The notes under the pieces are model-generated. The model saw only the letters and a list, made by a program, of their open reading frames with translations, had not been told where the DNA came from and made no database searches. Made by a program: the position numbers and the translations under genes. A DNA stretch of 63,331 bases, the filler included, from Choristocarpus tenellus KU-1152 (Eukaryota > Protista > Phaeophyceae): the NCBI GenBank assembly GCA_964200185.2. It is 13 parts of 13 records of this genome, joined end to end, with 100 filler letters (N's around TTAATTAATTAA, not from the genome) between each part and the next. Parts side by side here need not be neighbours in the genome. Positions count along the whole stretch, not along the records: positions 1 to 3,992 come from CAXNAD020016768.1; positions 4,093 to 8,283 come from CAXNAD020015766.1; positions 8,384 to 11,437 come from CAXNAD020022645.1; positions 11,538 to 20,188 come from CAXNAD020004478.1; 9 more parts are not named here. One strand, 5' to 3'. Positions 1 through 11,558 of this stretch are shown one piece after another; within the stretch, counting starts at the first letter, position 1, and each line of letters starts with the position of its first letter.

Positions 1-162
1 GAGGCACAGAAGTAGGTAGATGGGAAGATAAGGAAGACAGTAGTGCAATATTTGATGGAGGTGAAGTAACTGATTAGTGGTTTCCACGCAATGTTTTATA
101 GTGTTCTTATGTTTAGGATATTTTATTTCTTTAGGGCTAACAACGACATATATATATATATA

Positions 163-3100
163 TTTTTGATTGGTTTCCCCCCTGACACATCTGCGAAACG
201 TCAGAGGGCATAATAATAAAAAATACTGAGATAAGAACTCTTCTTAGCTATGTGTGCAAGCATATTTACCTGATGTTATAGCATTAATACCGTGTAACAT
301 ATACCGTTGTACGGATTGAAGTTCCAAACCAAAACCCATCATTTCATGGACAGACTTTTGCTGTCGGAATGTTACACACGCAAGACAGACTTTATTCTCG
401 CATCTTGCCTTGTGGTAATGAAGCCCCACCTTTGACGGTGCTTATCACTCCTAAGTTTGTACTTGTCCAACTATAACCTCGTACCCTCGGTCACGGTTCG
501 TCCTCGTTCATGTGACCCTCGTCTGGGTGAACGTCACCACAGAAACGCACCATTCCCCCATATACGACGAAATATTGGTGATCTAGAGGGATTCGGTTTC
601 AAGGAACATATTGGGTCGATGTTCAAAGAAGCATAATCGGCCTTCTTCAGGTAAGTGATCTCACAAAGACGACCTAAGAAACAGTTGTTGTATTGAACAA
701 ACGAGAAAAGTCTCAAAAAAATACCCACAACTTTAAATATCTTTAGACATGCACTAAATAGATGGGCATATCAGTGACCCAACGGCGGAAATTTCATTAC
801 CATCAAAGGTGTTAAATAATGTTCTATGGCTTGTTTTGTTCATCTTACATAGAGTCAGGGTATCTGCATAAGTGTCGGCGTACATTTTAGACCGTTGGCG
901 CTTAGCGATAATAGCACCTGTTATTTACCTTGGTGAAAGCAATTCTGTGGTGAGAGGAGTACCAAGTTATTGCAGCTGAGAAGGGTAAATTCAAAAATAA
1001 GGGAATCTCATTCCACTTACCATAAACATAAAGATAAAGGTAAGCTGCTTTTGGTGAAAACGAACATAAGCAAATATCCAATACCCGCACACTACGATAA
1101 GGTCACACTTCAGTGTCATATATTATCATGTGCTGAGAGATATTCCACGTCCAACTCTCCTTCCGGGTTTCCATGGACAAGAAGTAGGGTCGCAACCCAA
1201 AAATAGAAAGACTTTTCCGTAGTTGTAATACATGTCAGCATTATGTGTTAGAAAACGATGAGAAAAGATTACAGTTTAGAGTGCACTTAAACTTCCACAC
1301 TTTAATGCGATTAACTTCAGCTAAGGGATTCGAATCGTAAGTTACAACACATACTCATCCACACATAAACCTAAGTATAAGTTTGGCGTAAATAATGTGA
1401 GGACTTGACAGGCACACAAGTAAAATTCAAAACCAAGAACAAGATACACAGCTTGAACTTGAGGACTTTTGTCTAGCTCTGCCAAAAATTCTTCTCGCCT
1501 CGCTCTGTAGCTCATCATAAAATAGAAGATAATACGACGCGACTATCACAAGGCGGACGACTTTGCCAGCTCAGGATAAGTCTGTCCTCCGTGCTTGGAG
1601 TCGTCCATGCCCATATTCTCGGCTTCTAGTGTAACACGAATCCCAACAGTGGCCTTGATACCAACAAAGAGAATAACACACGTGACACCGACCCATGCCA
1701 ATATAGCTAGTATAAACACAATTGCCGCCGCAAGTGAACTCCCATCACCACCATAGAAAACACCAGCACAAGCAGCTGCGCGGTCAGCATAGTAGGCAGC
1801 CCCGTAATTCGTCTTTGTGGCAAATAAACCTGCAGCAAGCACACCCCAGATGCCGCAGCACATGTGCACTGGAGCTGCATCTACCACGTCATCGACCTGT
1901 GTAGTGGCAGTCACAAAAGAGAAAGTCTAATCAGTTACCCCAAATACGAAACAAAAGTATTTTGAAGAAAGCATGAGGTCATACACCTGCTTGTCAATTT
2001 TACTTCACGTCAATTTTCACATAGAAGTATATCATTGATACTATAGTCCTGTTTTGATACAAGAAATTCAATGCCTACATGAGTTCAGCTCTGTAGACCT
2101 TGTCTCACCTTCATCTTCCTGAGCGCCGCAGAGGATATGAAGTATATGATTCCGCCGATGATACCAATTACGAAAGCACCTTCGGGCTCACAAGTTGAGC
2201 AGGGGGCAGTAATGGATACAAGCCCAGCAAGTATGCCATTGTTAGCAGCACCAGCATCCCAGTAGTGAAGTGTCAATTTGTGCAAGACAACGGAGGTAAG
2301 GGCACCAGCACCAGCTGCAATAGTTGTTGTCACCATAACCTTTGCTGCCACTCCCGAGAAGCCAATGATGTAGAGCGTTGAAGCTCCATTGAAACCATAC
2401 CATCCAAACCAAAGGATAAGTGTGCCCAATGACTGCAGCACAGCAGACTGCGCAGGTAGAGAGTTTGCTGTCCCATCTTCATTGAAACGTCCGGTACGTG
2501 GGCCGACTACGATCGACGCGACGAAAGCTGCGATACCACCAGTCACTGCGACAATTAAGAAAGTGGGAATAGGACGTAAGGTATTAAATGTCAGAACGCT
2601 TGATTTTCCCGAAGGATTCACACTGTAACACATCCTCAGACTTCGATACAATTAACTCGAAAGTAAAACATCCCGAGTTAAACTTACTGTGCACAACTCC
2701 AGAACCAGCGAAGTCAATCACGCCACAATCAAATAGGACGAAGCTAGTATCTGAGTTCCATGCGGATGCCCAACCCTGTGTGTGCCAGCCCCAGTGTACG
2801 ACTACTGGGTAGATGAAGGAGGTCAGAACGATAGAGTAGATGACATACGCAGTGAAGGAAACGCGCTCAGCCACAGCTCCAGAAACAATTGTCGCTGCAG
2901 TTGCAGCAAACGCCCACTGGAAAAGCCACGACGCGTATGCGTAGCCGTTTAGCAGGTCACCGTTGTCATCCTCAAAAGTGGAACCCTTTAAGGCGAACGA
3001 GTCAGAGCCAATGAATCTCGACTTGTCGGTGCCGAAAGCAACCCCGTAACCCAGGAGCCACCAGCACATTGCGCCGAGAGAAGCATCACCAATATTCTTA

Positions 3101-3903
3101 ACGAGGATGTTCTTGGTGTTCTTGATGGAGACAGAACCTACTTCAAGCATTGCAAACCCAGTTTGCATGAAAAAGACCAGAATGGCACCGATCATGAGCC
3201 ATAGTGTATCGAGATCAGTCTGAATATCAGATATACTGGGTGCACTACTACTGGTGCTCGTCATGTTGAATGCGATGGTCCTTGGCAGTACAAAATATAT
3301 TGTTAGTAAGATTAAGTTGTGTCAAAATGTCGAACGGTGTGGTGTTGTGCTGAACCATCAACCAAACTACGTCATGAAAAGGATGTTTTTGTAGAATATA
3401 TATATTATTGATGGTGTGGCGTCATTTCAGTTCTGTTTTTACCTCCACCGTACCACAATTTTCCAGCATTCTGATCTACTTTGAGTCTAGTGAAATATTT
3501 CTAGTGCAAATATATTCTATTCTCATCTAGAATATTGTTCAAACTAAACAACATTCAAATATTCTTACCGTTTTTGGAGTCGTTTGATGATAGGAAGAAT
3601 TGTTTAATCAGACTTTCAAATCAATTGAAATTTTATAGAGGGTTAGATTGTAGAGAACATCACAATTTTCATTGTTGTATTAATATTTCAATTTTTGAAC
3701 TAATGTTTTGGCTGGAATACGAAGGGTTTTTTTATTTGATAGAGTCAATAACTTCTTTGTAATGACGCGAACATTTTCATTTTGTTTTTTAGCACTCCGA
3801 ATATTTTATTATAATCCTATATATACTTAACGAGATATATATATAAATATTATAATGCCCTATGACATTTTGCAGATGTGTCAGGGGGGAAACCAATGAA
3901 AAC
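163..3903. mobile_element. Putative non-autonomous TIR DNA element (family C) enclosing the AMT gene
   Basis: Left arm 163-218 TTTTTGATTGGTTTCCCCCCTGACACATCTGCGAAACGTCAGAGGGCATAATAATA. Reverse complement of right arm ~3848-3903 GTTTTCATTGGTTTCCCCCCTGACACATCTGCAAAATGTCATAGGGCATTATAATA. About 6 mismatches in 56 bp; both outer ends abut (TA)n. Confidence 0.65.
1546..3264 (-). CDS. AMT1: Ammonium transporter (Amt/AMT1 family), complete, 3 exons: 3264-2688, 2545-2109, 1896-1546; 454 aa
   Basis: Motifs FFMQTGFAMLE, FQWAFAATAATIVSGAVAER, DFAGSGVVHM, LWFGWYGFNG, NGILAGLVSITA, VDDVVDAAPVH, including both pore histidines. GT-AG introns 2687-2546 and 2108-1897 splice in frame (577+437+351=1365 nt). Confidence 0.96.
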
Positions 3904-3946
3904 TATATATACACATAATAATATAATATAAACACATATGTATATA

Positions 3947-3992
3947 GTTTTCATTGGTTTTCCCCTGACACATCTACAAAATGTCAGAGGGC
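3947..3992. repeat. Family C TIR, start of an adjacent element cut by the contig end
   Basis: GTTTTCATTGGTTTTCCCCTGACACATCTACAAAATGTCAGAGGGC after a TA-rich spacer; inverted relative to 3857-3903. Confidence 0.8.
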
Positions 3993-4092
3993 NNNNNNNN
4001 NNNNNNNNNNNNNNNNNNNNNNNNNNNNNNNNNNNNTTAATTAATTAANNNNNNNNNNNNNNNNNNNNNNNNNNNNNNNNNNNNNNNNNNNN
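3993..4092. other. Artificial contig linker (N44-TTAATTAATTAA-N44); identical linkers at 8284-8383, 11438-11537, 20189-20288, 25368-25467, 28917-29016, 35826-35925, 44632-44731, 49016-49115, 51768-51867, 56252-56351, 59765-59864
   Basis: Identical 100-bp cassette seen 12 times; TTAATTAATTAA places stops in all six frames. Separate 10-N gaps at 32584-32593 and 59355-59364. Confidence 0.97.
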
Positions 4093-4329
4093 GTTAGCTG
4101 TGGTCGACGTGCGATTGAGTAAGTCATAAACATAGTGTTGAGCTTCAGCCCATAGGGATTCAGTCTTGGGGATGGTGACATAGGGAAAAAGTAGTGGAGC
4201 TTGAAGGCGGGTTGCAAAAGTTATGTTACACTCAATTCCAAACTAAGGAAGCACATAATAACATACATACTTAATTATTCAAAATAACAGTTGTTTTCTG
4301 AAACCTTTCACTGGCAAATTATTTGTCAA

Positions 4330-4960
4330 CACATCTCCACCCTGAAAAATGGTGTCGGAAATCAATGTGTTTTGTTCTAGTGGACCTAGTGGCATTGCGT
4401 AATACTTTGCAAGCACCATTTTTGTCCTCAAATATGTCAATGCAACCCCTATGGAAATGTGGTCGGACTAATGAGTGAAAGTATCTCAGAGGGTACGAGG
4501 TTTTCCCTGTTTGTTCATTTGGAGCTTAACTACCCACATATTTTATCGACATTTTACCTGCTCCAAAATATTTCGGAGTAGGTAAAATGTTTACGTTATG
4601 AAATAGAGTGTCAGAAACAAGGATATTGACATCCTCCAACAAAAATAATAGTCAAGATTACATCAAAATTGCAACACATTAGATTTTGACCCCCAAATGG
4701 ACACTGCTCTACCCTCTAAGATACTTTGACTCTAATTCCAAAACACATTGCAAGCAAATAAACTCCTGTAACACGCTGCTGAGAGCCATGTACTCAACTC
4801 TCTGTTGAAGACAAAGCTACAACCTTTTGTACCCTCAATATCCAATATATTGCTCCTCCAGCAAACTTATGACTCCCGCGGTCACTGAGCTGCCACCATG
4901 AAGTCCCTAGCATAACTGGTATCAGCATGTGCACTCAACTAAATCAAGATCATCAAAGAC
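4330..4960 (-). pseudogene. Ty1/Copia RNase H fragment, interrupted by a MITE
   Basis: Minus strand gives GGAIYW..VQKVVALSSTE, and after the MITE CIDIFED...RNATRSTRTKHIDFRHHF; homologous to 62761-63030. Confidence 0.8.
4473..4732 (+). mobile_element. MITE family A (~260 bp)
   Basis: TIR GAGTGAAAGTATCT..AGAGGGTA / TACCCTCTAAGATACTTTGACTC; 4-bp TSD TAAT on both sides. Confidence 0.92.
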
Positions 4961-5929
4961 CAAATGAGAAATAATATTCAAGACGGTTAAACGTTTTACC
5001 TTTGTCCGTTTGGGGCTTGAAATATGTGACCAAAAACGACTTTTGAATCCCTCTTTTCGTCTGCTCTGTTCTGGGTTGGTTGAATTAACAAAAACTGTCG
5101 ATTTTGAAGCCCATTCTTCATTTTACTCTGTTTCGGATTTGGCTATATCAAAATCCCAACATCGAATAATAACCTCGAACGGACGCCTGTCACTCCCTGT
5201 AAAATGGTATGGTTCCAATACTATACTCTGACACATATAATTTAGTTATGCAAAAATACACTTAACTGCACGCTAGTGTGCAGCCTTGGGACTGATATTG
5301 TACTTAGCTACCTCACGAATTACATTGGTAATATCTAGCCTCGTCATCACAGCTGCTCACACGAAACAAACAACAGCCTCTCCTTACGGAACACCATCAC
5401 TAACAAATGGGTGATCCTCTTGTCTAAATTCCTCAAGGGATCACGGAGCGCAGCCTTTTTCTTTACCCCATCCATATTAAACTTTTGAATCTAAACATAC
5501 TGGTTTAACTGATACTTGCTGCAGACCATGCCGAAGGACCTCGCAAACCTCGAACCAGTTTGTGCACTCGCCAGCATCCATGCGAACACATCCCCTCATA
5601 CCATCATGGACTTGGCTGATACAGAAATTATCTTTGGAGTTGTACCAAATTTGGTCAGCACAACTCATGCGAGATCGCAATCAACATAATCATAAGCGAT
5701 CTATAGATCGATAAAACACAGTAAGAAGGTTACATGCATTTCCCGGTCAAGCTCGTAGAGAGCACGTACGGTGCGTATATCATATCCATTGCGAAGCATC
5801 GGGACTGGAAATCGCACTATTTCTCGTTTAGGACGTGTGTGAAGAATAATATAAGATGAATTACGGAATTATGGAACCGAAAGCATTCGGGACAATGTCC
5901 TATTGCATATAATCCCTCAACTGACATAC

Positions 5930-6253
5930 GACTCAAAGTATCTGGTTTTGGTTCAAACGGACACTCTGGTGTAGACCTCCCCCCCCCCGCCCCCCCAGAT
6001 ACTTTGGGTTGAAATTCATAACGTAGTATGATACGTAGATGATACAATAAAAAAAAATCCTTCACTTCACTACTACTTCAACCCTTCAGATTCAAATTAT
6101 CCTAGAGGGAGGGTGCCATTAATCATGAGGGGTCAATTACCTACTCCGAAATACTCTGTGGAGTAGGAAAATGTGATTTAAAAACCCATGGGAAGCCAAG
6201 CCCCAAATGGACAAACAAGGGAAAACAAGTTACCCTCTAAGATATTTTCACTC
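5930..6253. mobile_element. Composite MITE: short family-B element + ~78-bp spacer + deleted family-A element
   Basis: Outer TIRs GACTCAAAGTATCT and AGATATTTTCACTC; TSD ATAC at 5926-5929 and 6254-6257. Confidence 0.75.
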
Positions 6254-6935
6254 ATACAACAACTTCGAGGAGGACTTTGACACCTTGTGTCATCAATGCG
6301 ATACCCCTGTAGTCGGTCATTCTTGTTGTAGAGCACAGTAATAACTGTATATCATTCTAGACCTGTGCCACAACTTCCCGTTTCCACACAGTCGACACAA
6401 TTTATGGAAATCCTGGAGGACAGTCACGTCTTCCTGTAGGCCAAGCTTTAAGAGCTCAATCGGAAGATTGTCAGGGCTCACAACCTTCTCATTTCCCATT
6501 GCCCAGGAAGCGCTTTAGCCACTTCCATCATAGTTGGTGGAGTAGCGAGGGCTATAGATGCGACTAATTGATCGAAGACTTCAGTTCTGTGAGGGTTTAG
6601 ATCAAGGTGGTTGGCATTAAAGAGCGCTCTGAAGTATCTCCTCCACCGTTCGATGATAAGCGCTTGCTCCTTGAGTAGCCGTCCAGACTCGGCATAGATG
6701 TGCTGAGAGACAATCTCTCTGGTTCTCTCGATATATTGAAGCCTTTCAGGCGTTCGTATAAACCAGCTTTGTTCTCCACGGTGAATAGGATCTTCCACAA
6801 TCCTAGTAGTGTGGGCGTCAAGAAACTACTACAAAGCAGACACACACACATTTGATATGCTTGCCAGCCTTATTCAATATATCTCTCTGGGTGGTACTGC
6901 CTCTACTGCTGTGACTATTTTCCCATCAGCCATAC

Positions 6936-7440
6936 TGTTACGCGAATAGCGCGAGTATCTCTTCCCGCGCTTTAACTATCGCGAGCAGTATGCGCGGGTG
7001 GGGAACCCCAAAAGGGGGAACTCCGATTTGCCTAAAAGTTGCAGAATAAACTGTAACTCGGGTAGTTGCAGAGGGTCACGGAAGGGTTCTCAGATATATG
7101 GCAGTATTTGTAAACCCGAATAAAGGGCTATCAGATATATTCTAGTATAAAAATAAACCCCAAACGGTAAATGATGATTAGAATTCCTAAAAATGACTCA
7201 AAGCGGCTCAGTTCTTCTGACCTAACAAGACCCACATAACTAACTCACTTTCTCTATCTGAGAACAAATTTTATATACTTTTCTTACAACGATTGATTTA
7301 TTTGAGAGTACCCCTGTTCTGCTGAGCTGACCTTCGATAATCTTTGAATTGGACTTGACTTGTACATCCTGGGAAGGTGAGCATTGAGGGGCGCCTGTAA
7401 CAATACTCGCTACTATTTTTCAGATTTCAAGGATGATGCA
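6936..7440. mobile_element. Solo LTR (505 bp) inserted in the LINE
   Basis: Starts TG (TGTTAC), ends CA (GATGCA); 5-bp TSD CATAC at 6931-6935 and 7441-7445; separates two LINE coding segments. Confidence 0.8.
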
Positions 7441-8116
7441 CATACTAGGTCCGTAGGTAGATAAAGATGCCCTCCTTCACACTCAGTCGTGTCTTATCAT
7501 CAAGAACAAAACGATCAAGGAGATGGATCGATGCCGATACGAGACGTTGATCTGGTTCGGTTGTGAAAAGGGAGAGTAATCCTACGTCCCAAATGACGCC
7601 AGATAAACCTGGCGTAGAAGGATGTAATGTGAAGCAAAGGTACCCCATTTCCCCTCGACGACCCAAGTACATACCAGACCCTTTTCGTTTGGGATGTCCC
7701 CACTGAAAAATGTGTTGAAAGTGCAAGTCTGTCAATCGCTGCAAACATCAACGGGTACTCATTCATTATTTTTCAACATACATCTTGTCCATACGCCCCA
7801 ACAACCCTGCTGTCATGGTCACCAACCAGTTCCATCGCCCCTCCTTCCAGTGCTAGCATTCTTATCCATCAGGATAAAGAACATATCATTGGGGTTAGTC
7901 TGCTGTGCCACAGTGTAAAGCTTCTCCCAGAAATAGTTCTTGGCTGTCTGTTAGGCCTTTTCTGTTGGGGCATGTCCCACAGCAAAAGTAATCCCAATAA
8001 GTACCCTGTCATTAGCAGTTACACCTTCATCATCCGTTCATTGAGGTACTCTACGTCATCATGGGTGGCCTGTTGTAGGATTGATTTCTTCACGGCCACA
8101 GAGAGCACGTAAACTA

Positions 8117-8283
8117 GGCTCAAAGTATCTGGGGGGGCGTGGCGGCTGTCCATTTGGGATCAATTTTTTCTTGTCGTGATTTTTGGGTGATTTGGTTGCA
8201 TACGTCGGATGGATAATGTAAATACACTTTTCCTGATTTTGCACCAAATGGACACCCTAGTAGTGTAGACCCTCCCCCCCCCC
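8117..8283 (+). mobile_element. MITE family B (poly-G TIR), cut by contig end
   Basis: GGCTCAAAGTATCTGGGGGG...GTCCATTTGGG...CCAAATGGACACCC; homologous to the full copy at 26723-26903. Confidence 0.88.
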
Positions 8284-8830
8284 NNNNNNNNNNNNNNNNN
8301 NNNNNNNNNNNNNNNNNNNNNNNNNNNTTAATTAATTAANNNNNNNNNNNNNNNNNNNNNNNNNNNNNNNNNNNNNNNNNNNNGAGTATGTACTATCAAA
8401 TGGGCATTGCTATACCAACGGCATTGTCTTTGTTGGGCATCCTGTATTAGCCAGAGTACGGCACCTGTGGGGAGGTAGTCTTCCCCTGGCACGGCAATCA
8501 CCTTGTTGAGGCATCGTTACCAGTTTAGCTCGACCACAATCAATCCTGACCAGCTCGTCGACCTCTGGAGCTACAATAAGTACTGTGTAGCTTAATCCGA
8601 AGAGGCCAAGTGTTTCTACCTGGATAGTGAGCCGCCACTCGGTTTCACAAACATTTTGTGAACACGTTGATCATTATTCCTCAAATAATTTGTGTGTTTG
8701 TGGGACGGTTTCGCTGATTGGAAGGGAACTACATGCATTCTAATGATAAGAATGGTGAATTCTATTGGTGGTACAGTTGTTACCTTTGATGCCATGTCGT
8801 GTTCCAATTGGACAAATTGAATTAGTTTTA

Positions 8831-8886
8831 TAATATTATGCTCTCTGACATCTTACAGATATACCAATAAAAAAACTAATGAAAAC
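8831..8886. repeat. Degenerate family C right TIR
   Basis: ATGCTCTCTGACATCTTACAGAT...CTAATGAAAAC|TA aligns with 3855-3903, with many G>A changes. Confidence 0.65.
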
Positions 8887-10769
8887 TATTAAAGAAGTAA
8901 CAGTTGTCACAAAAGTGAAACACCTCGATGTACTTCCTGTTTTTCTACTACATATCTATCTAGTTTCGAAGACGAATCTCCCGTTAACATGCTTCAGCAC
9001 GTGAGAAGGAAGGACCCCAACCAGCGACTGCACGCACAATCGCAAGCACAAATATGGGTAGGTCTGCACCAATCGTATCTATACATTTTCCAGAATTAGA
9101 CGTCTTAAATAATCAAAAGTCAGTCTGGTCTCCAAGAAACACCAGATATTGTCATCCAAGAGCTCGAGAGAAGCGAGGCATTAACACTTGCACTAGAGCA
9201 GTGTCATCAAGGTGTTCTACATCGTGAGTGTGAATTCCTTAGCACGCCGAAAAATGAAATTATTTCGTTGTTCATCTGCTGGAAGCAAAAAAAATGATGT
9301 CTCATTCCTTTCACGCCATTATGAAAAGCCAGAGTAATTGATAGGTGGGCAGGTTAGGGCCCTTTTGCATTCTAAGACACCTTTGCTAACCTGTGCGATA
9401 TACCGTATTTCGTTATTTATATACACAGTAGTGAACACAAAATTGATATTCCCCATTTCCATACACGAAGTGACACCACAATTCAGCTAAGGTTCTTTCT
9501 ACAAATGTAAACAAACTACTAGTGTCTTTTTCACGTTTATCAGGATGCTTAAAATGCAACCTTGCCTTTCTCTTCGTTGCTCTGGTTCTTATTCCGTAGT
9601 GCAATCAACATGGTGGGTCGTGTATCCTGTTTGTGATATTGACAAACACGTCTGATAGAATGAGATAGGTAACGCTGCACTTAACAACACATATTGAACT
9701 ATTGTCAAAGATTGGTAAGTTACACACATTGACCTAAGTATTGTTAGAAAGCTCTACCTCAACTAGACCGGATCACGGATCAACTCATTTCATAAATTTA
9801 TATTCCATACACGTTATTAGTGGACCATCTTTAGACTTTATCTCATAAGGACTCAGATGCCGTCTAAAAAAATATACTATTTTGCGGATGAAAATGTCAA
9901 AAATTGTCACCATTGAGGTCACTGAATGGCTGTCTTCTTAGGTTCTAATGTGGGAAACCAGACAATCAATTTCCTATTTGTGACTGGTTTAAGAAAGATA
10001 TTTAATCTGAGATGCCACATATTTCAATTCTCAGGAGAATTCGTACTATCGTGAAAACGATGTCCAAAGTATTTCCTCTTAACAACACCTCTGAGCTGCC
10101 CTGGCTGGCTTCGTAGGGACCTGCGGCTAGAGCTTTTCGAACTCTGAGGCTTGAGGATGTACTGTGTTGAGTCTCATCTACCCATCCTAATAGAAGTGGA
10201 CCATGCTGCAAATCATTTTATATGGCATACAAATCAATTTGCGGAGATGGGTGGGTTACCCACCTCAACCGAGGCATCACCTGATATCTCGGGTCAACTC
10301 CAATCAGTGCGGCGCCATTATGGGCCAATTTCAGAACAATTATGACCAAATTTTGAATGTTCTCAACGAGGACATCAACACAACCCTTGTTTGATAGGCC
10401 AGTTCCCTAAGCCTTGCCAGCTATTGGACTGCGCTCCATTGCGAAAAGCCTGGACCACACAGAGATAGGGTCACATCAGTCTCAGGTACATCCAATAAGA
10501 GTGCGTGATTCCCAAATACCAGGAATATCTAAACTTTTCCTGCATACACCAAATCCAACCGAATATTTACGTGCATCCAGTTCAAAAACCAAAATCAAAG
10601 CTAATTATTTTATTGGGGGTGTTATGTGGGCAGACCGTCCACTTCTCATACATTCTCAGTTGTGGAACTCCTTATTTCTTCTACAGTTCTCTTCTGTAGA
10701 TACTCTCAGGAATAATACCAATAGACTGTAAATGCCCGATTAACCCCCCTCCACTTGCAGGGAACTCTC

Positions 10770-10962
10770 CATGGTTTTTTATGCCCTCTTTCGTTTTTCT
10801 GTGTGAGCATAGTTACCTAAAATGTATACAACTATGAGAAGTGTTTCTGGAGCAAGGATATCGACAGTTAACATACACGATAGCCCAAATTAATCAAAAT
10901 CACAACAATTGGATTTATGACCCCGAATGGACGCGGCCCTTCTCTTTGAATTTCTTCGACTC
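10770..10962 (+). mobile_element. Degenerate MITE family A copy
   Basis: CACGATAGCCCAAAT...GACCCCGAATGGACGCGGCCCT...GACTC matches the family A 3' half. Confidence 0.7.
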
Positions 10963-11558
10963 TCTACAATTCACAGGTTCTCAAAATTTGGTTGACGATG
11001 TGGAGGAAATGGAAAGGAAAAACCTGTGTCTGTGTCATGATACGTGGATGAATCCATGTCCTGAACTGACTCGTTCTTGTCGGCCTTCTGCACCTCTTCT
11101 TTTGTTTCTTCGACAAGTTCAGCTTGACGTTTTTGTTGATAGCAGATTATACTTACAGTTTTCGCGTTAGACGTTTGGGTCAGTGGTAAATGAAAACTTT
11201 ACCCGTTCCCATCTATCTGAAGTCAGTGTGATGTCACCAATATCAATCGTTTGCTTCTGTGGTGACATGGTTCACTCAGGTAAGGATGGCGAAGAGAATC
11301 ACCAGGCAAGACGGACGAGACGGACCAAGGGGTCATAGTATCTGGGGGGGGGGGGGGGGGTGGGAGGGGGCATCCGTTTCGGCCACCTCTTTTTTTTGGT
11401 GCCATTTCAAATCTGACACGTGGGACCAAACCACCCCNNNNNNNNNNNNNNNNNNNNNNNNNNNNNNNNNNNNNNNNNNNNTTAATTAATTAANNNNNNN
11501 NNNNNNNNNNNNNNNNNNNNNNNNNNNNNNNNNNNNNCCCCCCAAGATACTTTGACCC

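Larger units (their letters stand above)
5340..8060 (-). mobile_element. Decayed RTE-type non-LTR retrotransposon (APE endonuclease ~8060-7445; RT region ~6930-5340) with nested insertions
   Basis: APE-like PTEKA..KNYFWEKL..FILMDKNASTG; linker ERWRRYFRALFNA and PPTMMEVAKAL; RT-proximal SPDNLPIELLKLG and HDGMRGCVRMDAGECTNWFEVCEVLRHG; many stops and frameshifts. Confidence 0.82.

Noticed and set aside
1-32. Link between the window start and 56352-56382 (reverse-complement match)
   Set aside because: Different contigs with mismatches between copies; most simply another dispersed repeat at contig ends.
4037-4048. Recurrent TTAATTAATTAA as a biological repeat or recombination site
   Set aside because: Always centred in 44+44 Ns; it is an assembly linker. 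ORFs containing X and any gene neighbourhood across linkers are artefacts.
10151-10731. Possible hAT transposase fragment (FQNNYDQILNVLNE)
   Set aside because: Superficial resemblance only; no catalytic or dimerisation motif nearby.
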